Origin: Aplysia californica
Taxonomy: Eukaryota
Direction: 5' to 3'
Length of the DNA: 64,000 nt
NCBI RefSeq assembly: GCF_000002075.1
Contig: NW_004797779.1
Span: 298,779 to 362,778 of the forward strand
The position numbers were made by a program, and so were the translations under genes. Of the stretch, positions 25,201 to 36,643 are shown piece after piece. The stretch's first letter is position 1, and each line of letters begins with the position of its first letter. The notes under the pieces were generated by a model. It worked only from the letters and a program-made list of their open reading frames with translations. It ran no database searches and was not told the DNA's origin.

Positions 25201-28200
25201 GTGGGAAGACCCCGAGTGTACGTAGACACTGCCGTTTGGTAATGAGAGTGCAGTCTTTAGAGACAATTACACAGTCCTAGAAGGTAATTCCAGTTCTAAT
25301 TCTGGTTTTACGTAAAATCCCCCGATGACAGTTATACTATTATGTAACCTCCTTACACTACATAACTCACTTAGAAGCTGAGTCCGAATAAATCAAACAT
25401 TTTTTTCCCGACCTAATGAGTCCTAATAGGTAAACGGAGTGATTATTCTCACCCAGGGTTAGGATAAACTGGATATTATTCTCACCTGGTGAGAATAAAA
25501 TTGATACTATGAATAACGACAGCCTACTATTCTCACCCGTTTTTTTTGTTTCGGGCATTATACAACCCCTGTCACTGAGCGCTCCAGGCGACAAAACTCG
25601 CCTCCCTTTCTCACTCCGCTGAGCGCGCGAGGCGACTAAAATCGCCAACGGGCGGGCCAGCTCTCGAGCGCGGGAGGCACCTATTGTTGATTTGGGGGAA
25701 AACCTTATCTTTTGACCAAATAGCGTCACCTTTTGTTGCTACTGGCAACAGTATTGATTTATTGGTTCTGTAATGGAATATTTTACTCTTGAATGGTTTA
25801 ACCAATCAAAATTAAGAAAAAAATTCGCCTAGGGTCAAGGAACTGCGTTCCTTAAAAATAATCGTGGGTTCTGCTAGGGATAACAATTAAACATGTTTTT
25901 TTGTGTCGTAAACAAATTAATGCCAATTCTAACATTACAATGACAAACTATTACTAACATTATTTCATTAAACAGCTTTCAGTTAAGGCTACTATTTAAA
26001 AAAACATACTACTCTGGCAAGTGAATTCCTTTCTGAATTGAGGATATATTTACACTTGTCAAGGGTTTTGGTGAAGGTATGCGTGCATACTCTCAACTCA
26101 AGATTTAAAAAAATGAAACAATAACAATCCCCGCGGGAGCCTTTAAAAATCGGCCAGCGCTCTGGGGCAGGTCATGAACGGTCACTCTCTTACAATTCAC
26201 AAATAATTTTCTATCATCTTTTCCCAACACCAAGGTAGGCCTAAAAGTCCATTGCATTCTCAGACCGGGTGAGTCATTTTATTCTCATCGCGGGTGAGAA
26301 TAAAATGGATATTATTCTAAATTACGGGAAAATAAAATTATATTTTTATTTTCACCCTGGGTGAGAATAACGACAGCCAAGGTAAAACCCATATATTCGG
26401 ACTCCGAGTCCGAATAGATAAAAAATCTAATCGGACTCAAGTCCGAATAAAGCTGGCCAATCCGGTTTTGGCCCCAACTATTACTGTTCTAATCCTACTA
26501 TGCTACAATTCTGCAGTACTATATTTTACCCCTATAAACGGCACTCCTGTACAATAACAATTGCGGTCCCGTTTGCACTAGTACTCTAAGAAGTGCCTCT
26601 GTATAGGGAGTTTCTTTTTAGATCTAAACTGAATTAAAATTATATCCAATCTAGATCTAGAATCTAGATATATATCTTCATCTAGAGATAGATTATCTAA
26701 GCTATCTGAGAAGCAAGTGGCTATTCTCCGGCGTCGCGCCGGTCAATAGATCGGAAGCTATTCTCCGGCGTCACGCCGCTGGTCTATTACTTATGAATTA
26801 CAATGTATTTGTCTTGGGAAAAAATTCCCATAACTTCACCACTTTGTGCCACTTCCATTGATACCAACGATACATTTTCAGACACAAACTGCTTCAACAC
26901 CTCCAATTTAGAATTTTAGAAGAAGAAGTTACATTTTCACAGTTTACAAAAACGGAGATACGACAAGAAAACACTGGTCGCGAAATAGTTAAATTTATCG
27001 AAAATTATAACAACAAGAGAAAAGTTAAACAGCAAGCTATACTATTCCTAGACAGGATTTTAGACACAAAATCAATTTTGTACGTTTAAAGAAACAGAAT
27101 CATCATTTTAATGACGACCCAAATAAATGAATAGGCTAAAGTTACATTAGACAATTAATATTATCATAAATAAAATATAATGAAAGGTAGGCTTACTAGG
27201 CCTAGAGATCTAGTTAAGGGGGCTCTCGTGGCCTAGAGGTTAAGGTGTTGGCCTCTCATTCAAAGGTCCCGGGTTCAAATCCGGGTAGCGACCAAAACAT
27301 TTTCTTCTAAAAAATTGTCTCCTTTCACCTCCTTTCCTGCTCTCTTGCAATGTCTGCTGTCTGCTTTCATTTCCACTTTCTGCCCCCACCCCCTCACCTC
27401 CTTTGCCCCCTCCTCTGGGCTCCTGATTCTTTCTGCAGCCTTTCTACTGCTACTCCTTGGCCCCTCCTTACTGCTGTCTTTCTGCCACACCCCTGATCTT
27501 CTGGTAGGAAAGATCTACACCTAGCCTTCTCGGACAAGGGCGAAAAATCTCGGAGGGCCCGTGTGCAAGTTGCGCACGTTAAAGATCCCTTGGTGGTCTA
27601 AAATCGATAAGAGTAGGCTTCGGCCGCCACTCGGGCAATTCAAAATTTCCTACCAACTGAAAATATTAGGTGTGTCCCGCGCGCTCATATGACCTATGCA
27701 GTTGCGAGCGCCGTAAAACACTTTACAAAAACAAAAAAAGATCTAGTTATTGTATCTCAAAATCTGCACCGACAAATACATTGTAATTCATAAGTAACAG
27801 ACCGGCGGCGTGACGCCGGAGAATAGCTTCCAATCTATTGACCGGCGCGATTGTCGGAGAACAGCCACTTGCATCTGAGAATCTAGATTCAAGATCTAGA
27901 TCTAGACAAGACATTAGATCTAGATCTAATCTAGATCTAGATCGATTCACTTCCACAATGGCCGTCATGTAAACAAATGAAACAGGACTGTCTGCAATTG
28001 CAAAGGAGTGCAATCTTTATCCAAAAGTTACTACGTCTATTTCATAACTCTTGGTCTTGGGGCCAAAACCAGAGATTGCCTGTACTGTATGCCGCATCTA
28101 GTATAGTATTCATCATCATAGTATGTGTTTGTGTACAGCACAGGAGTACAGCACAACAATGAGTCACTTAGAGGGCCTCGTCTTCGATGATTTTGTAACC

Positions 28201-28554
28201 TCGTCTTCTAGATCTACTAATCTGGAACTGGATCTAGTTCTAGATCTAGAATCTAGATTCTAGATCAAGAATCTAGAACTTCTACTACTAGATAATCTAC
28301 TACTAGTCTAGTGGTACAACTTCTCTAGATCTAGATCTAGATCTAGATCTAGGAGTCTTCATAACCTTGAAATAGGCCTTCTGGCCTTCAAATTCAGCGA
28401 ATATGGCACAACACAATAATTGTCAATTCACTATTTTACTTTTACACATCAACAAGAACTTACCAAATGAATAGGAATCAAAAGTTTGAACAACTTTGCA
28501 AAATGCAGGTTCATTGAGCTCAGAAAAGGTGTACAGCTGGTAGGGCGCAGCCAT
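15587..28554 (-). CDS. NEPRO: NEPRO/RMP64-like (DUF4477) nucleolar protein, 541 aa; exons 28554-28464, 24053-23899, 23537-23458, 21589-21455, 20625-20548, 19358-19265, 18371-18298, 17645-17410, 16269-15587
   Basis: Nine exons join in frame (1626 nt). LHSEGKLLRIFIFKKTGQLRKEKSLQLLKRIKTCLSRI and NYCGAAFEHLSCHLATGMLIPQMLLFMAVVGRIW follow the pattern I recall for NEPRO/C3orf17 (E..L...Y...N..R..K....LK.V..CL.R; C...F......L.....I...L.....SR.W). Lys-rich tail. The gene model is solid; orthology rests on recalled similarity. Confidence 0.8.
17410..17645 (-). CDS. NEPRO: NEPRO-like exon 8 (acidic QEEEDIGVGVM repeats)
   Basis: caacag| ... G|gtaagt; phases 2/1. Confidence 0.82.
18298..18371 (-). CDS. 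NEPRO: NEPRO-like exon 7 (GC donor)
   Basis: tttcag| KDPELPQKLSTEDKEFSEVLEKRK AG|gcaagt; only the GC donor gives the required phase 2. Confidence 0.78.
19265..19358 (-). CDS. NEPRO: NEPRO-like exon 6
   Basis: catcag| ... TGG|gtttgt; MVCSTLGMKLKGAYNML...DW. Confidence 0.78.
20548..20625 (-). CDS. NEPRO: NEPRO-like exon 5
   Basis: CCCTTAAC branch site + cacag|; HLSCHLATGMLIPQMLLFMAVVGRI; |gtaagt. Confidence 0.87.
20626..21454 (-). other. U12-type (minor spliceosome) GT-AG intron
   Basis: 5' splice site GTATCCTTTT at 21454; branch site CCCTTAAC (20642-20635) about 10 nt before the AG; no polypyrimidine tract. Confidence 0.9.
20714..21007 (-). ncRNA. Candidate structured intronic RNA element / cryptic exon (family unidentified)
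   Basis: GC/CpG-rich island in an AT-rich intron; ends pair (UGCCU/AGGCA, UAGGA/UCCUA); several internal helices whose G-U pairs favour the minus strand. Confidence 0.45.
21455..21589 (-). CDS. NEPRO: NEPRO-like exon 4
   Basis: polypyrimidine tract + aag|; ends at U12 donor GA|GTATCCTTT. Confidence 0.85.
23458..23537 (-). CDS. NEPRO: NEPRO-like exon 3
   Basis: cttcag| ... AG|gtattc; IKTCLSRIPVLEKILCQAADFNADLK. Confidence 0.85.
23899..24053 (-). CDS. NEPRO: NEPRO-like exon 2
   Basis: ttccag| ... |gtatat; KLAGIQKVFESLL...LQLLKR. Confidence 0.85.
25378..26455. mobile_element. Foldback-like TIR element with palindromic subterminal motifs
   Basis: GAGTCCGAATA/TATTCGGACTC and TTATTCTCACCCAGGGT/ACCCTGGGTGAGAATAA inverted pairs at the two ends. 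Confidence 0.6.
26705..27880. mobile_element. MITE with ~110-bp TIRs, interrupted by the 27217 SINE
   Basis: 26705-26815 is the reverse complement of 27770-27880. Confidence 0.85.
27217..27738 (+). mobile_element. Full-length tRNA-derived SINE with Deu/Nin-like core
   Basis: A box TGGCCTAGAGG, B box GGTTCAAATCC, core ...GCACGTTAAAGATCCC...AAGAGTAGG, A-rich tail, TSD AGATCTAGTTA (27206-27216 / 27739-27749). Confidence 0.93.
28464..28554 (-). CDS. NEPRO: NEPRO-like exon 1 (MAAPYQLYTFSELNEPAFCKVVQTFDSYSF)
   Basis: aaaATGGCTGCG start, G|gtaagt donor; phase 1 fits the next exon. Confidence 0.8.
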
Positions 28555-28580
28555 TTTGCAACAATGGGGGTCACGTGATA
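28545..28580 (-). promoter_or_regulatory. Housekeeping-type start region: YY1-like AAAATGGCTGC over the ATG and E-box GTCACGTGA (28570-28578)
   Basis: Motifs read directly; function inferred. Confidence 0.45.
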
Positions 28581-31500
28581 TATTAGGATTGTTGGTCAAG
28601 AATGAGATCTAGATTCTAAATACCATACAAGAAAAAAAAGGTTAATATTTAAGAAAAATAAAAACGTTGCAATTTTCGTTACCAGCTTTTTATGGTATAT
28701 GATACAGTTTTAAAATATATCAAAGTACTATTTTCTTTCTCGAAAAAAAAGCAAAAACAACAACAAAAAATAATCAAAGAGACATCCACACCAACAAAAT
28801 TGGTTCCTAATGTAAACTAAACTGTGACACCGAGGTATGAGTTGAGGGTTGCCGAGGTGGAGTTCAAAGGGGACAGAAGAGTGAGCTGGAGCTATTTTGT
28901 GTCGTTGTTGGCACCAGCTGAAACAAGGGATGAGTCTGTATGATTTCTACGAATGTTCAGCGAGAAGAACTGTAGGTGTCATCAAGTGAAACTGTAACTC
29001 ATCAATTCGACTCGCAATTGTTTTTGAAAATCTTATATTGAACAGGTAGGCCTACATTATCTAGAAGATTAGATCTAGATCTAGATCTAGAATCTAGATC
29101 TAGATCTAGATTTAGATTCTATATCTAGATCTAGATCTACATCTAGATATTAGATCTAGATCTAGATCTAAATCTACATCTAGATCTAGATCTAGTCTAN
29201 NNNNNNNNNNNNNNNNNNNNNNNNNNNNNNNNNNNNNNNNNNNNNNNNNNNNNNNNNNNNNNNNNNNNNNNNNNNNNNNNNNNNNNNNNNNNNNNNNNNN
29301 NNNNNNNNNNNNNNNNNNNNNNNNNNNNNNNNNNNNNNNNNNNNNNNNNNNNNNNNNNNNNNNNNNNNNNNNNNNNNNNNNNNNNNNNNNNNNNNNNNNN
29401 NNNNNNNNNNNNNNNNNNNNNNNNNNNNNNNNNNNNNNNNNNNNNNNNNNNNNNNNNNNNNNNNNNNNNNNNNNNNNNNNNNNNNNNNNNNNNNNNNNNN
29501 NNNNNNNNNNNNNNNNNNNNNNNNNNNNNNNNNNNNCGACATGCATACACAGTCCTTCGTGTGCAGGCGGCATATCCGACCCCGATACATGCTAGAGTAG
29601 ATACGTGCACGTGCCAACAACACATGTTTTGGTTTGAAAGAAGGCCGCTGATTGGTCGCATGCAATCAGCTAAGTGAATAATGGTTCACGATGCAAGTGC
29701 AATGAGCAGCAATGGATGCTTTCCAGAAATAGATATATATAAAGTTGGTTGTTGGAGAAAAATGAGCAAATCCACGTCTACGGGGGCTGTTCACCCTGGA
29801 AGTGACCTCATTGAATCTGAGCTTGCTGGTTTGTTTATTAAGTGCTCGTTGCATCCGGGTTGTTTTTATTGATTTTAAGAAGAAAAAAAATGGGAATCCA
29901 TCACTTCTTGTTGAATCCGAGTTCTCGTTGAATCCGAGTTCCTCTGTATATTTGAATATTCAGACAACTAAAAATTTCTAGCTCTAGAAATTGAATTCGA
30001 TGCAAAAAAAAAACAAACGCTTCTTCCCAGTCCTCGCAGAATGGCAGAATGACAGATGACGCAGAACTCTCGCAAATAACCAAAATAACTTAAGAACGGA
30101 TACCGTCTGAGAAATAAAGTTCAAGTTTATTATCCCGAGCGTTCTGAGAAATGGTCACTTCGTTATTTTTCATTTGTACTGTCCTTGCCGGTTTTAAGCA
30201 CGGTCATGAGAAGAAAGCTATAGAAATGATCTTTATTATTATTATTATTATAAAAGCATAGCGTGCTTAACTCACTGACTACTGGGCCCTTTCACCAGTC
30301 ACAAGCATTGAAGACTGGCGTTTTTGGGAGTATTTCAATGAACCACCACAACTCTCAGAATTACCCTATTGTAATCATATTTTGATATAGTAAAGTTACA
30401 TTCAAGCTTTATCTAATACAAGAAACTAAAGTTGTCTACTAAGTCTAATAACCTACTTTAATTTGTATGATTTTGTAAAAATTGGCATTAATTTGATTTT
30501 CTGAAAAATTTCCAGAGACGTGACAGATAGAATGAAATTCACAACAACAACAAAAATAAAAGTTCTATGTGTTCTATTTTGGTTTGTCTGCATGTGTGAG
30601 TGTTTGGCGAAAATACAAAAGCTGGGCTGTGCGTTGATTCAGACCCATACACTGAATGACATGAGACAGATGTAGGACACGACGTTGTAATTTCATTGCG
30701 CGACCAACACTACCAGTACTAGTGCTAGATCTAGCTCTAAAACTGCGACTCGGGCCGTGTTCGAGTACATATCCAGGGTCCCAACTATCAGACACATCAT
30801 ATTCTGAGACACTGGAACTAGTAAAGCGAACAGAAGTATTGAAAACAGCGAAATTATGTGATTCTTGTTCATGCGACTTCTTCGACCGTTACTTCGGCGC
30901 CACTGTCAAATTACTGTCAGCTGTATAGAAAAAAACATAGCGCGAGTTCCAGTCAGTTCAACCCCAGTTGGGGTGACTGTCCTTCACCTTCAATAAGAAC
31001 TTAAAAACTATCGGCCCCAGAGTTCGAAACTGAGTCTAAGTAGCTCAGGACTGGCCAAACAAGGGCACGAGACGGTCACGCGACGCTTGTGTGATTTGTG
31101 TAGTGAAAAAAAAATTCCAAAATTGATCATGCAGGGCTTGCGAGAACCGTCACGGCGGGGGTTACGCATCTGTTGCGTGAAATGTCTGAAGTGAGTTAAC
31201 GCTGAAACGTGCTTGATTGCGAAGTAGACATTGTTCATAATCCAGAGATTTTTATGTTGAAATTTCTTGAGTTATTACAGTGTGCTTCTGTCAATTTTAC
31301 CCGTCATGGTAATTTTTGTTTGTTTCTTTCATTTTTGTGGTCGAATGGGAAAGGAAAACTTAATTTAGACCGCCAGTCATGATACAGCACTCAGCACACA
31401 AGGCCTATACGCTGCCTGTGCGTATCACTGCCCGCTGTGCCACATTCATACCACCTCGCGCGTGATATAATATATAATAAATATTAATCAGGATTATCGG

Positions 31501-32106
31501 AGAGCGAGGGACAAAAGTGAAATTGCAGCCAGCCTCCCTTTCTCGTCTCCCCGACTCTCTTTGTATTTTTTTTGTCTGTATGTAGCTTTGCACTAGGCTA
31601 GATCCTATATCCACGTGCGCGGTTGTGTGCAATCTCTCTGCCTTCCTCTCCGCGTGTGTAAATGTGTGTCTCCAACACTTGCGTTCTTTGTGTTTCTCTT
31701 AACACACTCACTGTTGCGATGTAGACTGTGTTCGAACTTTGGTAGGTCATCTTGAAAGTATTGACTGTTTTGTAAATGAAGCGTGTTTGAAGCCGAAGTT
31801 ACCGTGCTTTTAAGGTGTGTAATTTATATTTTAAAAATTCGGTAAGAGCCGTTTGGCGGTTTGAGTCCGAGACGTGCTTTATGCCGGCGTGCTTAAAGCC
31901 GGCAGGGACTGTATATCAATGATTTGATGGGGTGTCTGTGTACAGTAATTGCTGTTTGACTTTGCTTTCTTTCGAACAGAAACAGAGATATCATAATGCC
32001 CAAATGTCCCTTTACTAGGGCAAGAAGAAGTGGTTGTCAATAGAGTATCAAGGCAGCTGTCTATTGATGTACTCAAATTTCAAACACATATTCATATAGA
32101 GTCTAT

Positions 32107-33286
32107 CAGGTTTGGGTTGATTTAAATCGGGTTGATTTGAATCACTTGATTTTTTAAGATTTAAATCAACTTGATTTTTTAAATAAAAATCTGATTTAAA
32201 TCACTTTTAAAATTTTGTATTTTTATTCAGTTTTTACATATTTCAACATTCAGAATTCCTTTCCTAGGTTTCATAAAACAGATATAAGGTTTAGTGCACT
32301 AATATAATCATGCTTAAAAGTCTGCTTTCCCCCCTTTCACTGTAAAATAATACAGTATTCAATTTACTTTTTTTCCCATAATTGAAATCAGAGCTGGGTT
32401 GATTTAAATCAGTTGATTTTTTTTATTTTAATCAACTTGATTTTGTGATTTAAATCACTTTTAAAAAAATGTATTCTGTTTTTACATATTTAAACATTCA
32501 GAATTCCTTTCCTTGGTTTTATTTAACAGATATAAGGTTTAGTAGACTAATATAATCATGCTTAAAAGTCTGCTTTCCCCCCTGTCACTGTAAAATAATA
32601 CAGTATTCAATTTTCTTTCTTTTCGTAATTGAAAACCAGGGTTGGGTTGATTTAAATCAGGTCGATTTAAATCAGTTGATTTTTAAAAATTTAAATCAAC
32701 TTGATTTTAAAAATAAACATCAGTGATTTAAATCACTTTTAAAAAATGTATTGTTTTTACGTCTTTAAACATTCAGAATTCCTTTCCTTGGTTTTATAAA
32801 ACAGATATAAGGTTTAGTAGACTAATATAATCATGCTTAAAAGTCTGCTTTCCCCCCTGTCACTGTAAGTAGTAAATTAATACAGTATTCAATTTACTTT
32901 TTTTTCATAATTGAAATTTTCATTTTCTTTTTAGACAAACACAAGCGCGCACACACACACACACGCACACTGTAATAAAATACAAGTTTATCTATGCATA
33001 ATTACCCCCTCCTCCCCTTTCCTTTTAGACTGACATTTTCTTCATTTTTGTCTGTAGCCATAATTCACTGATAATAGCAGATTAAGGCTTTCTTTTGCAG
33101 TTGCTTATATTAATCTTTAGTTAAAATAAAGACAATGCATTCTGCACTAAAAGAACATACTTTTAGCCACCAAAAATCCCAAACTGTGTCGACATTTTTT
33201 TAAAAATAAAAAAAATCCGATTTAAAAATTAAAAAAATAGATTTTTTTAATTTGTATTTAAAAAATCAAAAAAATCACCAATCCTG
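32107..33286. mobile_element. Non-autonomous hAT-like element with an internal ~250-290-bp triplication
   Basis: CAGG...GATTT / AAATC...CCTG ends; 8-bp TSD GAGTCTAT; repeated GATTTAAATC motifs. Confidence 0.85.
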
Positions 33287-33423
33287 GAGTCTATATAGAA
33301 TCTATATATTAATGTTTGACAATTTTTTTTTTTTCATAATGTCAGATAATGATGTGAAAGTATTTTTTTCCAGGCCTTCGATCTGCTTCCCCACTATTCG
33401 ATGAATTTTGTACATGGTAATAA

Positions 33424-34390
33424 CAGACCTGACACTCATCGCGATTTAATTGGGATATCCCGATTTTTTTTCCTTATATCTCAAACATCCCGATTTTTCT
33501 GGTTTCGATCACCTAATGTAGCCCGTTTTTTTGGTGCTGTCTGTTTCGCTGGATTTTTCTAACTTACTCTGCCTGTCGTAGGAAGCACCCGTTACACTTT
33601 TTGTGCACAGGAACTCTGAGCATTATTTTTCGAAATTTGATGCCGGATTAGTTGACTTGCCCAAAGTTGTGTTGGATCTTTGCACGCACATGTTATTTCA
33701 ACAATAATGGAAGTAGCATCGATTTGGCATTTCGACATTCTCAAGATCTACTTTCGCTTTTGTTACCACTCAGAATTCTTTGATGATGGCTTGATAACTG
33801 TTTCAATTGCTACATACAAAAATGATCAATATTATTCATAGTTCTGCTGTGCTTTCAAAACAAGCTTTGTCCAAGTTCTGGTTAGTCGGGCCCGTCATCA
33901 AGACCCATCTGTCAAACTGTTTCAGTTGTGTGTTCGCATCACGTGACTTCAGCGTGTGAGTTGCCCGTGTTTAAGGGACTGTCTGTTGATGGGGTCAACT
34001 TTAAGTTCATGCACGCTGGTTAAAGCGTCTTTCGAGATTTACGGGGGGGCGGGGGGGTTTGACTTGGACTAGGGGTCTTTGATGTGATACTTTNNNNNNN
34101 NNNNNNNNNNNNNNNNNNNNNNNNNNNNNNNNNNNNNNNNNNNNNNNNNNNNNNNNNNNNNNNNNNNNNNNNNNNNNNNNNNNNNNNNNNNNNNNNNNNN
34201 NNNNNNNNNNNNNNNNNNNNNNNNNNNNNNNNNNNTATACATGAATATATTTATGGATAGCCCTGGAAAATTTAAAAGTAAGCTTGGCTGTCATCTTGGT
34301 GATCTGTCGTTGATCCTGATTTTGTTCACCTAATCCCGATTTTTCCCCCCTGAAATCCTGATTTCAGGATTTCATAGAGTGGCAGGTCTG
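33424..34390. mobile_element. hAT-like non-autonomous element (spans an N gap)
   Basis: CAGACCTGACACTC ... GAGTGGCAGGTCTG; subterminal ATCCCGATT repeats. Confidence 0.7.
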
Positions 34391-34903
34391 TAGTAATAAA
34401 TACAATATTTTTTAAAATTTGCAAGATGAGTATTTTTAAAAGTAAAGTCTAAGCAAAAATTTAAATTGACGAGCACTTGCGTTCCACCATGTGACACATT
34501 TGCTTTTTTTCTGATGTCTTGTCCATTTGTCTTTAATTGTATTTTTTCCAATGGTTGGACTACTGTTATAGCCCAGCATGTCTGTAGTCTGTGTGAATGC
34601 CTGATACTGCTATTAAAGAACTTTTTTGCTATACGTTAAAAGAGACATACAAGACTGGGGGGGGGGGGGTATAATAAGCCTGCTAGAGCAGGAATTACAA
34701 TGTCCTGTACATAATTTTTATGGAGCCCAAAGCATGTAAAGATCTTAATTGAATTTGATATTTCTTTCACTGTGTTTTCTTCCATTATAAAAAAAATCAG
34801 CATCCTAAATTCTTATTCTCTCTACACAGATTTCACAGAAAAATGAGGGAATGAATGTTCATTGCATTTGTCCGTAAAATCACTGCATGAGTAGCAGTAG
34901 GCA

Positions 34904-34997
34904 ATGGGAGCTACTTGCTCAGGACAGGGAAGTGCTTTTGTGTCTGGATCTTCTGCATATCCCTTCAAAATCCTGCTTCTTGGTGAGCCTGGAGTAG
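34904..34997 (+). CDS. ARL-like coding exon 1
   Basis: ATG...KILLLGEPGV G|gtgggt. Confidence 0.85.
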
Positions 34998-36564
34998 GTG
35001 GGTAAATCTTTTCTGTATTAGAATTTTTCATTTGTATAGCCTATTATATGATTCTAGTCATTTCCCTTTCAGCTGATTGGGTATTGTGCTCAGTACTATT
35101 TTTACCGTACTGTTAACCCTATCCGGATGCCCTGGAGTCTTTTTGTATCCCTGGGGCTGTATTCTTTGATTAGAATTCTTCTAGTACGAAGATCTCTTTG
35201 ATACTTTCAGTATTTCTCAAAAAATCATTTTGACAGATGGCTATGCAAAGCGTACGGATCGAATTAATGAGTAAATTTCCTCTTTGTTAAGTGGTAGCAC
35301 AGAATTCCCCCTGTCGTATGGATACGATAGTAAAACACGACATACTGATAGGGTTGAACAAAGATACAATATGTACATTTGTCCACTTTGGTCATATCTT
35401 TATAGATGTATACAATATATATATATATTTGCGGGGGGTGGGGCATGGATATTTTTCTTTTTAAAAAATGGTAGTAAATATTTATTTACTAATAAGTTAA
35501 CTTCTCTTCACATTATGATCTGTATAATGGTCCCTACCAGTGTTTGCCATTCAGTCCTATCTTTTGCCAAATTCTTGATGACACATCACATTTTTCCTTT
35601 TGATTTCAACTCTTCTACTCCATATATATCCTCATGTCGGTCTCTACCTCTTTTTGCCATCCGGAGTCCCACAGAGGAAAAATCCAGCTGTAGATAATGG
35701 TGCTCTAGGCAATAAATCTATGAGCAACCTCATGTATTTCATGTTGGACATATTATCCCATTCCTTAAAAATGAAGCGGTTAATTCATACTTATTGTTAA
35801 CTGCAGACTTTTAAAGAAAAATGAAAGATTTTGAGCATTTTTCATTCTTTTGCAGTTTTCAGAAAATGAAAGGATTTCTTTTAGTTCCTTTTTTTTTTGT
35901 ACAGGAAAGACATTCCTGTTAAGGTGCTGGCAGTCTGGTATCCATAACGTGACAGAGCCTCTGACAAGTACAACACATTTCAATGTTGGAATGATTAAAA
36001 CTGCTAATGGACTCGTTTTCATGGTGTATGATTTAGCAGGAGATATTGGATTGAGACTGAGACCATTTTTGGACGGTACTGAAGGTGAGCAAATAATTTG
36101 TTCTGAAAAGTAAAACTTTGTCCACTCTATAATGCTGGTACCGGACTAGTGCCTCATTTGATGAATGAGAAATGGCAGTGGCATTATGCACAGCCTTTTT
36201 TAGTCCTCTCATCAGCTTCTTAACCCTAACTCTGACAAGGGCCAATTAGATCTAGATCGGCCCTTTCCTGCCATGAATCTGGCAGGGTTGATGCCAGATA
36301 AAATTTTATAAATAATCCAAAGGTAGCGTTAATTGCGACAGAGTGACCCTGTGACAATTATTGCGGCGTTAATTGGGACAGAGTGACTCTGTAACAAAAA
36401 AGAAAAACAAACACACACACACATGCACACACACGCACTCACACACCCACACACACAAACACATACAAATACACATACACTATGCACACACACAGACACA
36501 CATACACTCACACTCACAGACGAACAAATGCACACCGCACACGCTTGTAAATTAAGTGGCCTTA

Positions 36565-36643
<79 letters not shown>

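Larger units (their letters stand above)
27880..29199. repeat. (TCTAGA)n self-complementary hexamer tracts (27880-27945, 28208-28352, 29058-29199)
   Basis: Read directly; also at 26645-26700 and 38868-38916. Confidence 0.9.

Noticed and set aside
27218-27295. tRNA genes (also 52908 and 41900)
   Set aside because: These are SINE heads: they continue into core and tail and, for two copies, are flanked by TSDs
29112-29665. ORFs containing X runs (also 34007, 48271-48653, 54406-54811, 60463)
   Set aside because: Artefacts of N gaps
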